Shown here piece after piece: positions 10,278 through 19,981 of a DNA stretch of 64,000 bases (the first letter of the stretch is position 1; each line of letters starts with the position of its first letter). The stretch covers positions 1,827 to 65,826 of the forward strand of contig ONCE01000011.1 in the NCBI GenBank assembly GCA_900316245.1, given 5' to 3'. The notes below the pieces were generated by a model, which was given only the letters and a program-made list of their open reading frames with translations, had not been told where the DNA came from and did no database searches. Position numbers and translations under genes: made by a program. This DNA comes from an uncultured Bacteroidales bacterium. GTDB taxonomy: Bacteria > Bacteroidota > Bacteroidia > Bacteroidales > UBA932.

Positions 10278-10903
10278 TGAACTCTCACAACATATTGAAG
10301 ATGACAGCAAGCGCTCTGGCGCTTGCTTTCGTCGTTTATTCCTGCAAGGGAAACCTGTCGGAAGCCGAGAAACTGGACCTGGACGTGACGCCCATCCAGA
10401 CGGTGGACGATATGTTCTTTGTCCGCTCGGAGAACGGAAAGCTCAAAACGCGCGTAGAATCCCCCAGAATGGAGGTTTTCGAGCACGATACGGTGGCTTA
10501 CGACCTCTTCCCGCGGGGCATCAAAATCTTCGGTTATTCGGAGGAAGGCCTGCTGGAAACCACCATTGTGGCCAAGCACGCCCGCCACGACAAGAACCGC
10601 CCCGGCAAGGGAGAACTCTGGAGCGCTTTCGGAAACGTGGTGGTGAAGAATATCGTGAAGCAGGAGACTATGGAAACCGATACGCTTTACTGGGACGGAG
10701 CCGCCAAGGAAATCTGGACCAACTGCTACGTAAAGATGTATTCCCCTTCCGGTTATATGCAGGGATACGGGATGCGTTCGGACGAAATGGCCCGCAACGC
10801 CATTCTGCTCCAACCTTTCGACAATGAGTTCGTAGTGGAAAGCGACAGCACCCGCGTGCTCCTTGACTCCATTAATTTTATAGGTCCCTTGTTAAAAAAA
10901 TAG
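10277..10903 (+). CDS. lptC: LPS export ABC transporter periplasmic protein LptC-like (lipoprotein)
   Basis: Lipobox-like VYSC; FPRGIKIFGY, GNVVVKN, ETDTLYWD and GYGMRSD segments of the Bacteroidetes LptC family; synteny. Alternative ATG at 10301. Confidence 0.7.
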   Translation: MNSHNILKMTASALALAFVVYSCKGNLSEAEKLDLDVTPIQTVDDMFFVRSENGKLKTRVESPRMEVFEHDTVAYDLFPRGIKIFGYSEEGLLETTIVAKHARHDKNRPGKGELWSAFGNVVVKNIVKQETMETDTLYWDGAAKEIWTNCYVKMYSPSGYMQGYGMRSDEMARNAILLQPFDNEFVVESDSTRVLLDSINFIGPLLKK

Positions 10904-10924
10904 TGGTATTTACAAGAAAATTAG

Positions 10925-10932
10925 TAACTTTG
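10925..10932 (+). promoter_or_regulatory. -7 promoter element (TAACTTTG) for the PpiD-like gene and ychF
   Basis: Matches TAnnTTTG and is followed by an A-rich leader. Confidence 0.65.
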
Positions 10933-11002
10933 CAGCCCTTATGCTTACCTTTTTGGGTATTGCGAAGGAAAAATAAGGAAATAATACAAAAATAATAACA
11001 AA

Positions 11003-13084
11003 ATGGCAGCTCTTGAGACCATCAGAACTAAGTTTGGCATTGGTGCATCCCTCATCATTGCCTTCGGTCTTTTACTCTTCCTTGTGAACCCGTCCGACAT
11101 CATCCAGACCATCCAGTCTACTTCTTCCAAGAACGATGTCGGCAAAATCAATGGGAAATCAATCTCTTATTTGCAGTTTGACAGCGAAGTCCGTGAGTTG
11201 GACGAGGTCCGTAAAATGATTTCCGGCGCCTCTTCTTCCTCCGAAAGCGACCAGGCCCAGGTCCGTGAAATGGCTTGGCAGAATATGGTAGACCGCTACC
11301 TGGTGGTTCCTACCATTGAGAAAGCCGGCATCCACGTGGGTCAGCAGGAGCAGATCGATATGTTCGTGGGTGACAATGTCTCCCCGGTTGTATCCAGCTT
11401 CTACGGCTTCTATGACGAGGACGGCACCTTCTCCGTCGAGCGTGTCCGCGACCTGATGGAAGGCGCTGAAACCAGCGAGGCCTATCGCCAGATCCGCGAC
11501 TACCTCCAGAACGCCGTCCGTTCCAACCGCTTCAACGAGAAATACATCGGCCTGTTCAATGCCGGTACCTATGTGAACGCCCTTGAGCGCAAGCGCGCCA
11601 TCGAGGAGAACAACACCACCGCCAGCGTGGACTTCGTAGTGGCCCCCGCTACCTTCTTCCCCGAGGATTCCACCGTCGTGGTCTCCAAGGCCGAGGTAGA
11701 GAAATTCTACAAGGACCACAAGGAGAGCTTCCGCCGCGTGGCCGGCCGTGACGTGCGTTACGCCGTGTTCGAGCTCAAGCCCTCCCAGGAAGACATTGCC
11801 AACAGCAACGCCAAGTTCGTGGGTCTGTATGACGAGTTCTCCACCACCGATAACGTCCGCGCCTTCCTCCAGAAGAACTCCGACCGCAAGTGGGACGACG
11901 CCTGGTACAAGGCCGGTGAACTCCGTACCGTCAATGCAGACGTGGACGCTTTCGTAAGCGCCAACAAGGAGGGTGTTTCCCCTGTTTATCAGAACGAAAA
12001 CACCTTCTATGCCGCCCGCATCCTGGCCAACGCCGCCATTCCGGATTCCGTGTATGTCCGCCACATCATGCTGGTGGGCGAGAACGCCAAGCATCAGGCC
12101 GACAGCCTCCTGCGCGTTGTGAACAAGAACAACTTCTCCACCCTCGCTACCCTCTATTCCGCCGACAAGGGCAACGCCCAGGACGGTGAGATGGGTAACC
12201 TCGGCTGGATGACCAAGAATATCATGATCAACGGCTTCGAGCCCGTGATGGAAGCCAAGGTGGGCGTTCCCTTCATCCTGAACACCCAGTACGGCACCCA
12301 CGTGGTGGAAGTGGTGAAAGCCACCGCTCCCGTTGCCAAGAAGAAGGTAGCCATCTTCGAGAAGGAAGCCGCCATCTCCAAGGAGACCGAGCGTACCATC
12401 TCCGAGCAGGCCCGTCTGCTGGCCGTCCGTTCCCAGGGCAAGCTGGAGAACTTCAAGACCGTCTGCGACACCACCGGCATCTACGCCCGTTCCCTCAGCA
12501 TCACCGAGGCTACGGACAGCTATGGCGCCATTTCCCACGCCAAGGAAGTGACCCGCTGGGCCTTTGACAACAAGCCCGGTAAGGTTTCCGACGTGATTCC
12601 CGTGGACAACAAGTACTACTTTGTGGTGGCCGTCGAGAAGGCCCACAAGGAAGGCTACGCTCCCGTCAACGAGGTTTACGAGACCATCCGTTCCCAGGTA
12701 TACCGTGACAAGTACGCCCAGAAGCACGCCCAGGATGTAGCTGCCCAGATCGAGGGCCTCTCTTCCCTGGAAGCCGTTGCTGAAAAGGTCGGAACGCCCG
12801 TTTCCAGCCTCACGGACGTTACCTTCTCCACCTCTTCCGCCCCCGCCACCGAGCCCGCTTTCATCGGTGCCGTGGCTGCTGCCAAGGAAGGCACGCTGAG
12901 CGGCCCCGTTGCCGGTCTGCTGGGTGCTTATGTGTTCCAGGTGAACGGTCGCGACATGGGTTCCTACTACACCGAGGATGACGCCAAGGCCGCCCAGGCC
13001 CGCTTCGCCTCCTACTACGACCAGATGATCCTTCCCATTATGATGGACAAGACGGTCAAGGACAACCGTGCCCGCTTCTATTAA
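11003..13084 (+). CDS. PpiD/SurA-family membrane-anchored periplasmic chaperone / peptidyl-prolyl isomerase
   Basis: MAALETIRTK N-terminus with a TM helix, SurA_N-like domain, parvulin segment (VRHIML...YSADKG...GNLGW...TQYGTHVVEV), C-terminal DNRARFY. Confidence 0.88.
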   Translation: MAALETIRTKFGIGASLIIAFGLLLFLVNPSDIIQTIQSTSSKNDVGKINGKSISYLQFDSEVRELDEVRKMISGASSSSESDQAQVREMAWQNMVDRYLVVPTIEKAGIHVGQQEQIDMFVGDNVSPVVSSFYGFYDEDGTFSVERVRDLMEGAETSEAYRQIRDYLQNAVRSNRFNEKYIGLFNAGTYVNALERKRAIEENNTTASVDFVVAPATFFPEDSTVVVSKAEVEKFYKDHKESFRRVAGRDVRYAVFELKPSQEDIANSNAKFVGLYDEFSTTDNVRAFLQKNSDRKWDDAWYKAGELRTVNADVDAFVSANKEGVSPVYQNENTFYAARILANAAIPDSVYVRHIMLVGENAKHQADSLLRVVNKNNFSTLATLYSADKGNAQDGEMGNLGWMTKNIMINGFEPVMEAKVGVPFILNTQYGTHVVEVVKATAPVAKKKVAIFEKEAAISKETERTISEQARLLAVRSQGKLENFKTVCDTTGIYARSLSITEATDSYGAISHAKEVTRWAFDNKPGKVSDVIPVDNKYYFVVAVEKAHKEGYAPVNEVYETIRSQVYRDKYAQKHAQDVAAQIEGLSSLEAVAEKVGTPVSSLTDVTFSTSSAPATEPAFIGAVAAAKEGTLSGPVAGLLGAYVFQVNGRDMGSYYTEDDAKAAQARFASYYDQMILPIMMDKTVKDNRARFY

Positions 13085-13101
13085 TAGAAACTGATGACTT
13101 T

Positions 13102-14205
13102 ATGTCTTTAAAGTGTGGAATCGTAGGCTTGCCCAACGTGGGCAAGTCTACTTTGTTTAATTGCGTGAGCTCCGGCAAGGCCCAGAGCGCCAACTTCCCG
13201 TTCTGCACCATTGACCCCAACGTGGGTTCCACCAATGTGCCGGACAAGCGCCTGGAAGTGCTCACGGAAATCTGCCAGCCCAAACGTACCATTCCCGCCA
13301 CGGTGGAAATCGTGGACATTGCCGGTCTGGTAAAGGGCGCCTCCAAGGGCGAGGGCCTGGGAAACCAGTTCCTGGCCAACATCCGCGAATGCGATGCCAT
13401 CCTGCACGTGCTGCGTTGCTTTGACGACGGCAATATCGTGCACGTAGACGGCTCTGTAGACCCCGTCCGCGACAAGGAGGTGGTAGACACCGAACTCCAG
13501 ATCAAAGACCTGGAAACCGTAGAAAACCGCATCAAGAAGGTGGAAAAGATGGCCACCACCGGCGGAGACAAGGAGGCCAAGAAACTGCTCAGCCTGCTGC
13601 TCCGTTACCGGGAAGCCCTGCTCAAGGGTGAATGCTGCCGCACCGTGGTCCCCGAGAACGCGGAAGAGGAGCAGATGGCCAAGGACCTCTACCTCCTTAC
13701 CAACAAGCCCGTGATGTACGTCTGCAACGTGGACGAGGGCTCTGCCGCTACCGGAAACGCTTATGTGGAGGCCGTCCGCGCCGCAGTGGCCGCCGAAAAC
13801 GCCGAGATTCTGGTCATCGCCGCCAAGACCGAGGCCGAGATTGCCGAGATTGAAGACTACGACGACCGCCAGATGTTCCTGGAGGAGATGGGCCTTTCCG
13901 AGTCCGGCGTGGTGCGCCTCATCCAGGGCGCCTACAGCCTGCTGGGCCTCCGCACCTTCTTCACCGCAGGAGCCGACGAATGCCGCGCCTGGACCATCGT
14001 GGCGGGGGACAAAGCACCCCGCGCCGCCGGTGTCATCCACACGGACTTCGAGCGCGGTTTCATCCGGGCCGAGGTAATCAAGTACGAGGACTTTGTCCAG
14101 TACAAGACCGAGGCCGCCGTCCGTGCCGCCGGCAAGATGGGCATCGAAGGCAAGGACTACGTGGTCCAAGACGGCGACATCATGCATTTCCTCTTTAACG
14201 TTTAA
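13102..14205 (+). CDS. ychF: Redox-regulated ATPase YchF
   Basis: GIVGLPNVGKST, NFPFCTIDPN, DIAGLVKGASKGEGLGNQFL and TGS domain (AAGVIHTDFERGFIRAE...DGDIMHF). Confidence 0.97.
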   Translation: MSLKCGIVGLPNVGKSTLFNCVSSGKAQSANFPFCTIDPNVGSTNVPDKRLEVLTEICQPKRTIPATVEIVDIAGLVKGASKGEGLGNQFLANIRECDAILHVLRCFDDGNIVHVDGSVDPVRDKEVVDTELQIKDLETVENRIKKVEKMATTGGDKEAKKLLSLLLRYREALLKGECCRTVVPENAEEEQMAKDLYLLTNKPVMYVCNVDEGSAATGNAYVEAVRAAVAAENAEILVIAAKTEAEIAEIEDYDDRQMFLEEMGLSESGVVRLIQGAYSLLGLRTFFTAGADECRAWTIVAGDKAPRAAGVIHTDFERGFIRAEVIKYEDFVQYKTEAAVRAAGKMGIEGKDYVVQDGDIMHFLFNV

Positions 14206-14232
14206 CGGAAAAAATGCATTATCTTTAGAGGC

Positions 14233-15180
14233 ATGAAAACATTGTTTTTGTGCCTCTTTTTATTGTTTTCTCCCCAGGACAGCCTCCGGGTGATGTTCTG
14301 GAACCTGGAAAACTTCTTTGACTACAAGGATGACTCTTTAAGCACTTCGGACCGGGAGTTTTCGGCCCGGGGAGACCGGCGCTGGACCAGGAAGCGCTTC
14401 CAGACCAAGTGCAACTCCATTGCCAAGGGCATCCTCTGGGCCGGATCGCAGGAGGGCGGGCTTCCGGATGCCATCGGCCTGGCCGAAGTGGAAAATGCCT
14501 TTGCCCTGCGGCGCCTGCTCCAAAATACGGCGCTCCGTAAGCTGGACTATCAGATTGTGCACTTTGATTCGCCGGATCCCCGCGGGATAGACGTGGCGCT
14601 GCTGTACCGCCGCAGCCGTCTCCAGCTGGTGGATGCCAAGCCTTGTCATCTCTTCGGCCCGGATTCGGCCCTGATGACCACGCGGGATATCCTCCTGGCG
14701 CGCTTTCAGAGGGCCGATGGAGGAGAAGTAGCCCTGCTGGTGAACCACCATCCCTCCAAGTATGGAGGACTGCTGGAGTCGGAGCCCCGGCGGCGGGTGG
14801 CGGTGGAGAGGCTTCGCTTTCTGGCCGATTCTCTTCAAGCCCTGGGCGTGCAGGAGATTGTGGCTATGGGAGACTTCAACGACACGCCCGCCAATCCCGT
14901 CTATAAGATTCTGGAACCCACGCTTCATAACCTGGCGGCACCCCTGCACCAAAAAGGCGAAGGCACCATCAAATATGACGGAGGCTGGGAACTGATAGAC
15001 CTTTTCTTTGTGTCGGAAAGCCTCCGGGAATCGGCCATGAAGATTCTGCAAATCCCTTTCCTGATGACCAAGGACAGCGGCCACGCGGGCACCAAACCCC
15101 TGCGAACCTATTCCGGTCCGCGCTACCAGGGGGGCGTATCGGACCACTGTCCCATCTGGCTGGAATATCAGATAAAATGA
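14233..15180 (+). CDS. Endonuclease/exonuclease/phosphatase family protein (exported)
   Basis: FWNLENFFD, GLAEVEN, DPRGIDVALLY, VNHHPSKY, MGDFND and SDHCPI motifs. Confidence 0.88.
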   Translation: MKTLFLCLFLLFSPQDSLRVMFWNLENFFDYKDDSLSTSDREFSARGDRRWTRKRFQTKCNSIAKGILWAGSQEGGLPDAIGLAEVENAFALRRLLQNTALRKLDYQIVHFDSPDPRGIDVALLYRRSRLQLVDAKPCHLFGPDSALMTTRDILLARFQRADGGEVALLVNHHPSKYGGLLESEPRRRVAVERLRFLADSLQALGVQEIVAMGDFNDTPANPVYKILEPTLHNLAAPLHQKGEGTIKYDGGWELIDLFFVSESLRESAMKILQIPFLMTKDSGHAGTKPLRTYSGPRYQGGVSDHCPIWLEYQIK

Positions 15181-15181
15181 T

Positions 15182-15189
15182 TATATTTG
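15182..15189 (+). promoter_or_regulatory. -7 promoter element (TATATTTG) for galK
   Basis: Matches TAnnTTTG, 26 nt upstream of the ATG. Confidence 0.6.
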
Positions 15190-15215
15190 TGTGATAGACA
15201 TAAATAACACTAGAA

Positions 15216-16361
15216 ATGAAAGAAAAAATCCAGGAAAAATTCAAGTCTCTCTTTGCAACGGAGGGAACGTTGTATATGTCCTCGGGCCGCATCAATCTCA
15301 TTGGCGAGCACACGGACTACAATGGCGGTTATGTGTTCCCCGGTGCCATCAACTGTGGCATCATGGCGGCCATCGAGCCCAACGGAACCGACACGGTGAA
15401 AGTCTTCTCCATTGACAAGGACGAGTACGTGGAGTTTGGCCTGTCGGAAGATAGCTTGCCGGAGCAGCACTGGCCCCGTTACATCTTTGGCGTATGCCGG
15501 GAGATCCTCAAGCGCGGCGGTAAAGTGGAAGGCTTCAACGCCGTGTTTGCCGGAGACGTGCCCCTCGGTGCCGGCCTCAGTTCTTCGGCCGCCCTGGAAA
15601 GCACTTTTGCCTTTGCCCTCAACGAACTGTTCAACAACGGTTCCATCGATAAGTTTGAACTGGCCCGCATTGGCCAGAGCACGGAGCACAACTACTGCGG
15701 TGTCAAGTGCGGCATTATGGACCAGTTTGCCTCCCTCTTCGGCAAGGAGGGCGCCCTGATCCGCCTCAACTGCAAGACCGGCGAGTACAAGTACTTCCCG
15801 TTCCATCCCCAGGGCTACAAGGTGGTCCTGCTGGATACCTGCGTGAAGCATAACCTGGCCAGCAGCGCCTACAACAAGCGCCGCGAGTCCTGCGAGCGGG
15901 CCGCCGCCGCCATCAAGGCCAACCATCCGGAGGTGGACTTCCTCTCCGACGCCAAGCGCGTCTGGCTGGACGAGGTCCGCGACAAGATTTCCGAAGAGGA
16001 CTTCCTGAGGGCCGAATACGTGATTGGAGAGGTCCAGCGTGTGCTGGATGTCTGCGACGCCCTGGAGAGAGACGATTACGAGACCGTGGGCGAAATGATG
16101 TACCAGACCCACTTCGGCCTGAGCAAGCTCTACGAAGTCTCCTGCGAAGAGCTGGATTTCCTCAACAAGCTGGCCCGCAAGTGCGAAGTTACCGGCTCCC
16201 GCGTGATGGGCGGCGGCTTCGGCGGCTGCACCATCAATCTGGTCAAGGAAGAACTCTACGACACGTTCGTGACCACAGCCCTGGAGCAGTTTACCCAGAA
16301 GTTCGGCCACGCCCCCAAGATTTACAACGTAGTCATCAGCGATGGCGCTCGCAAACTGTAG
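15216..16361 (+). CDS. galK: Galactokinase
   Basis: GRINLIGEHTDYNGG, VPLGAGLSSSAA, CGIMDQ and GSRVMGGGFGGC GHMP-kinase motifs. Confidence 0.96.
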   Translation: MKEKIQEKFKSLFATEGTLYMSSGRINLIGEHTDYNGGYVFPGAINCGIMAAIEPNGTDTVKVFSIDKDEYVEFGLSEDSLPEQHWPRYIFGVCREILKRGGKVEGFNAVFAGDVPLGAGLSSSAALESTFAFALNELFNNGSIDKFELARIGQSTEHNYCGVKCGIMDQFASLFGKEGALIRLNCKTGEYKYFPFHPQGYKVVLLDTCVKHNLASSAYNKRRESCERAAAAIKANHPEVDFLSDAKRVWLDEVRDKISEEDFLRAEYVIGEVQRVLDVCDALERDDYETVGEMMYQTHFGLSKLYEVSCEELDFLNKLARKCEVTGSRVMGGGFGGCTINLVKEELYDTFVTTALEQFTQKFGHAPKIYNVVISDGARKL

Positions 16362-16956
16362 CCACTGCCACAAATCCACGGAGGTAGAACTCCGCCAGAG
16401 CATCAACGTGGGCCAGGACCCGGACTTGAAAGCCCGGGTCAAGGACGGCTCGCTCTTCGTGTGGGAGTGCCCCTACTGCGGCCATCGCAACCTGGCCCTC
16501 TATCAGACCCTGTATCACGACCCTGATGCCCATTTGATGGTGTGGCTCCTCCCGGGGGACGAAATGCCGCCAAAAGCCGTGGAAGAGGCCGTTAAAGAGC
16601 TGGACGGGTATACGCTCAGAAGAGTTCGCGAAGTAGGAGACCTTATAGAGAAGGTAAATGTCCGGGACGCCAACCTGGAAGACACCGTCCTGGAGGTGTG
16701 CAAATGGGTTACGCTCCAGGAAATGGCCGCCAAAAACCCCGAAGCCGCGGAGGCCCGCCTGCGTTTCCTCCGCCTGGAAGGGGCCGATCACGACCTGGTG
16801 ATGGCGCTCCCCCTTAACGGCCAGATGCAGGTGATTAACGTAGGATTCAATGTCTACGAAGACGCCCGCGGCATCCTGGCGCGCAACCCGGCGGTGAAAC
16901 CCGCCGAAGGCTTCGCCGAGGTCAATCAGGACTGGGTCAATCAGTTCTTCCGTTAG
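16342..16956 (+). CDS. CpXC domain-containing protein (putative zinc ribbon)
   Basis: CSHC...SINVGQDPDLKARVKDGSLFVWECPYCG...LYHDP pattern matches the CpXC family. Confidence 0.8.
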   Translation: MALANCSHCHKSTEVELRQSINVGQDPDLKARVKDGSLFVWECPYCGHRNLALYQTLYHDPDAHLMVWLLPGDEMPPKAVEEAVKELDGYTLRRVREVGDLIEKVNVRDANLEDTVLEVCKWVTLQEMAAKNPEAAEARLRFLRLEGADHDLVMALPLNGQMQVINVGFNVYEDARGILARNPAVKPAEGFAEVNQDWVNQFFR

Positions 16957-19900
16957 AAATCAAACGACAGGATTAGGGAAACCGAGTAGGGCTTTTTCTG
17001 CTCGGTTTCGCTGTATATGCTTCCTCCCAGCCATGAGAAAGAGACGCCGAGTGTGGTATTGGTGGAGAGAAACAGGATCTCGCCCATCTTGGCCACGAAA
17101 TCGGCTCCGGCGCTCCACAGGAACTCCTTTTGGGCCAGCCCCGTGAAGTCTGCGTGCGGGGTCAGGACAAAGTTGCGGATATAACCCAGGGCCGGAATGG
17201 ACAGGTCTCCCAGATAGATGGGGATGGCATAGTCGGCCGTAACGCGCCACTGCGTGCGGTAGTTGTTGGAGAGATAGCTTCCAATCGCAGAGTTGAACCC
17301 GCGCGGCAACACTCCTACGCTGACATCTCCGAAGAGAGCGTCTCCCAGCTGGTGCTGGACGGTGCCGGTAAGCTTGAGGCCCTGCGTGCGCCAGAGGCCC
17401 GGAAGATAGGCATAGGTATAGCCGAAGACCACCGGACGGAAGTGCTGGAGGCTCCAGGGACGCAGGCTCAGGCCGCCTTCTACTCCAATACCCCAGCGGG
17501 GGTAGGTAAGGGACCTGGCGGTAGGCAGCATCACATAGCCGCGGGCCGATACGCTGAACTGCTGCATCAGCACGTTCCGGGGTTCCTCGGCCCCCCTGAA
17601 CTGCAGGAGGGGAGACAATTCTTCCACCGCCGTGTTGTACTCGTACCGGACGGGACTCAGGCAATAGACATTGTTGGAGAAGGTATATTTGAGCTGCGGG
17701 ATGAATCCGTACAGGATGCCGCCCTTGCGGGAGGAGAGGGGCACATAAGCCCGGAGGGTGGCCGTAAAGAGGGGCGCGTTGCGGATGCTGGAGGTATACA
17801 GGCGGGTCATCTGATTTCCCCTGTAAAGTTCCGTATAATTGTATTGGCGGGCCCGGCGGTCTCCTACGTCCAGTTTGATGTCAAAGACGGGATAGCGGCC
17901 CTCGTAGGTGGCTTTGGCGTGGAAAGCGCCCCGCCAGCCTTCCTCCTTGTCCGGGTCCGGATGAATGGCGGCGCCCACCTGACCGGAAAGGGTTCCCAGG
18001 GTATTCTGGAAGAAGCCCGAGACACCCGGAGAAAGATACTGGTAACTGAATTCGAAAGAGCCGCTCATAATGGCGTCGGCGTCGGCATACAGGGGCAGCC
18101 AGGTATGCAGCCGCAGGGGATGCAGCAGCTTGTGATAGGGCTTGGGGGCCGATAGGGGCACTTCCTCGGAGTAGTCCGGGCCGGGGCCCAGGGCCTGCTC
18201 CTGCGCCGTGAGGGCGTCTTCGATGGTATAGGCGTGAAGATCGTCATACCGGACCTCCCGGGGCTTTTGAGAAGCCGTAGGAACGGAGAAGAGCAGCTTT
18301 CCGTCCAGGGTCTGGGAAATGCAGTACAGCGTATCGCCCACCTCCCGGAAATCCGTGGCGCCGTAGCGGGTGCTGGTGAGTTGGAGCAGCTTCCCGTCGG
18401 AGGGGCTGAAACGGTAACGCTCGTTCACGCCCGTACGGTCCGATACCCATTCCAGGTCTTCTCCGGCCGAACAGAGGTTCACCACCTTCTGGTGCGTAGG
18501 AGCCAGGACGGTTTCCCAGGAAGAAGAACCGGCTCTATAAAGGCCGAAACCTTCCCGGTTCAGGCCCATCAGATAAAGGTCTTCCCCTATCCAGGCGCTT
18601 TCCGTGAGCTGAATCCCTTCCGGGGCCACCTGCCGCCGTAGCACCGATCCATCCTGGGCCGACAGGACAACCAGATAGGACTCGCCGGTAACGGCGTATT
18701 CCACCACGGCCAGCCGGTTGCCGTCCGGAGAAGGCCTGGGGTTGAAATAGCGGTGCCCGGGAACCAGGTCCCGCGTGTGCCCGGTCTTCACGTCCAGATA
18801 CCGGACGGCCGAAGTGCCGTCCAGGCTCCAGCGAATGTGGGGGATGATTTCCGTCCAGTAGATGCGGCCCCTGACCGGGTCGTAAGCCAGCGGCGAGGCC
18901 TGCGAGGAGAACGTCCTCACCCTGCGGATGCGGCCGTCCTTGATGCTCACCAGCTCGTGGGTGCGCAGGTAACCCTCCCGCACGGCGTAAAGGGTTCCGT
19001 CGGCCCAGACGGGCGAGGAGTAGTTGAGGGGGAAGGGTTCCGCCGGCGTAACGGGCTCTCCCAACGGGATGAAGGGAGCACGGGCGGCGGCATCGGCCTG
19101 CCAGACGTCGTTGAAGGCGTGCATAATGTCCACGAAGGCCTTGTCGGGGAACTTGCCGGAGAGTTGCCGGATTACCTTGCTGTAGTTGTAAGGTGCAATC
19201 TGCAGGGGGTTCTTGAGCGATTTCTCTATGCCTTCGGCCGTATAATAGGGGGCCGAATAGAGATACCGCATACCGCCCATCAGCATATAGCCGGCCTTGT
19301 AATAGTCCGGGGTATACTTCTTATAGGAGCCCTTGCTCCAGCGGGTGAGGTTTCTCCAGTCTCCCTGGTCGAAAGCCACCTGCATATAGTTCAGGAAATC
19401 GGCCGTACGGGCACGGGTACCGCGGGCCAGGCCCGTTTCCACGGCCACGGCGTCGCCTTCTCCGCGGATCGATGCCGCATAGAGCATCCAGCCCAGCGGC
19501 GCGGCGCCCTGTCCCATCACGTAGGACAGGCCCTTGAAGAGGCCGGCGCTTTCCAGCTTCTCCAGCTGCGCCTGGTGCCGGGGCTCGTGGGCTGCCAGTT
19601 CCACCTCCCAGGAGGCAGGATTGGGGCCATACGACTCCGGGGTGGTATAGAAGTCCATCCGGGTGGGCGCATAGGCTACCGACCCGTTGGTGGTCAGATG
19701 GTGCGTATGCAGCACTATAGGAAAGATGTGACGCCAGCGGGCGCTTTGCGGCGTGTAGCGGATGCTTCGGCCTATGGGCTGCCGGAACTGCTCCATCAGG
19801 CGCAGATAGCTGCGGGCCAGGGAATCGGCCCCTTCCGGATAGATGATGCGGTAATAGGGGCTGTCTATGCTGTACCAGCGTAAGTGGCCGGGATCCGTTC

Positions 19901-19976
19901 CCGGCGAGTAAAACTGTGCCCTCAGGCCGAAGCAGACGGCCAGAAGCAGCAGCAGGGTGAGGGCAAACTTACGCAT
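16953..19976 (-). CDS. Large outer-membrane protein: HExxH metallopeptidase-like domain, TolB/WD40-like propeller, Omp85-like barrel
   Basis: Signal peptide; HEPRH motif followed by EGDAV; PD40-like repeats (FNPRPSPDGNRLAVV); beta-rich C-terminus ending LSFDF. Confidence 0.7.
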   Translation of the reverse strand: MRKFALTLLLLLAVCFGLRAQFYSPGTDPGHLRWYSIDSPYYRIIYPEGADSLARSYLRLMEQFRQPIGRSIRYTPQSARWRHIFPIVLHTHHLTTNGSVAYAPTRMDFYTTPESYGPNPASWEVELAAHEPRHQAQLEKLESAGLFKGLSYVMGQGAAPLGWMLYAASIRGEGDAVAVETGLARGTRARTADFLNYMQVAFDQGDWRNLTRWSKGSYKKYTPDYYKAGYMLMGGMRYLYSAPYYTAEGIEKSLKNPLQIAPYNYSKVIRQLSGKFPDKAFVDIMHAFNDVWQADAAARAPFIPLGEPVTPAEPFPLNYSSPVWADGTLYAVREGYLRTHELVSIKDGRIRRVRTFSSQASPLAYDPVRGRIYWTEIIPHIRWSLDGTSAVRYLDVKTGHTRDLVPGHRYFNPRPSPDGNRLAVVEYAVTGESYLVVLSAQDGSVLRRQVAPEGIQLTESAWIGEDLYLMGLNREGFGLYRAGSSSWETVLAPTHQKVVNLCSAGEDLEWVSDRTGVNERYRFSPSDGKLLQLTSTRYGATDFREVGDTLYCISQTLDGKLLFSVPTASQKPREVRYDDLHAYTIEDALTAQEQALGPGPDYSEEVPLSAPKPYHKLLHPLRLHTWLPLYADADAIMSGSFEFSYQYLSPGVSGFFQNTLGTLSGQVGAAIHPDPDKEEGWRGAFHAKATYEGRYPVFDIKLDVGDRRARQYNYTELYRGNQMTRLYTSSIRNAPLFTATLRAYVPLSSRKGGILYGFIPQLKYTFSNNVYCLSPVRYEYNTAVEELSPLLQFRGAEEPRNVLMQQFSVSARGYVMLPTARSLTYPRWGIGVEGGLSLRPWSLQHFRPVVFGYTYAYLPGLWRTQGLKLTGTVQHQLGDALFGDVSVGVLPRGFNSAIGSYLSNNYRTQWRVTADYAIPIYLGDLSIPALGYIRNFVLTPHADFTGLAQKEFLWSAGADFVAKMGEILFLSTNTTLGVSFSWLGGSIYSETEQKKPYSVSLILSFDF

Positions 19977-19981
19977 AGTTT

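Noticed and set aside
9063-14187. Long minus-strand ORFs (415, 522 and 359 aa) opposite the TPR, PpiD-like and ychF genes
   Set aside because: Stop-free antisense frames produced by strong C/G third-position bias; the sequences are V/G/L/H-rich with no family motifs.
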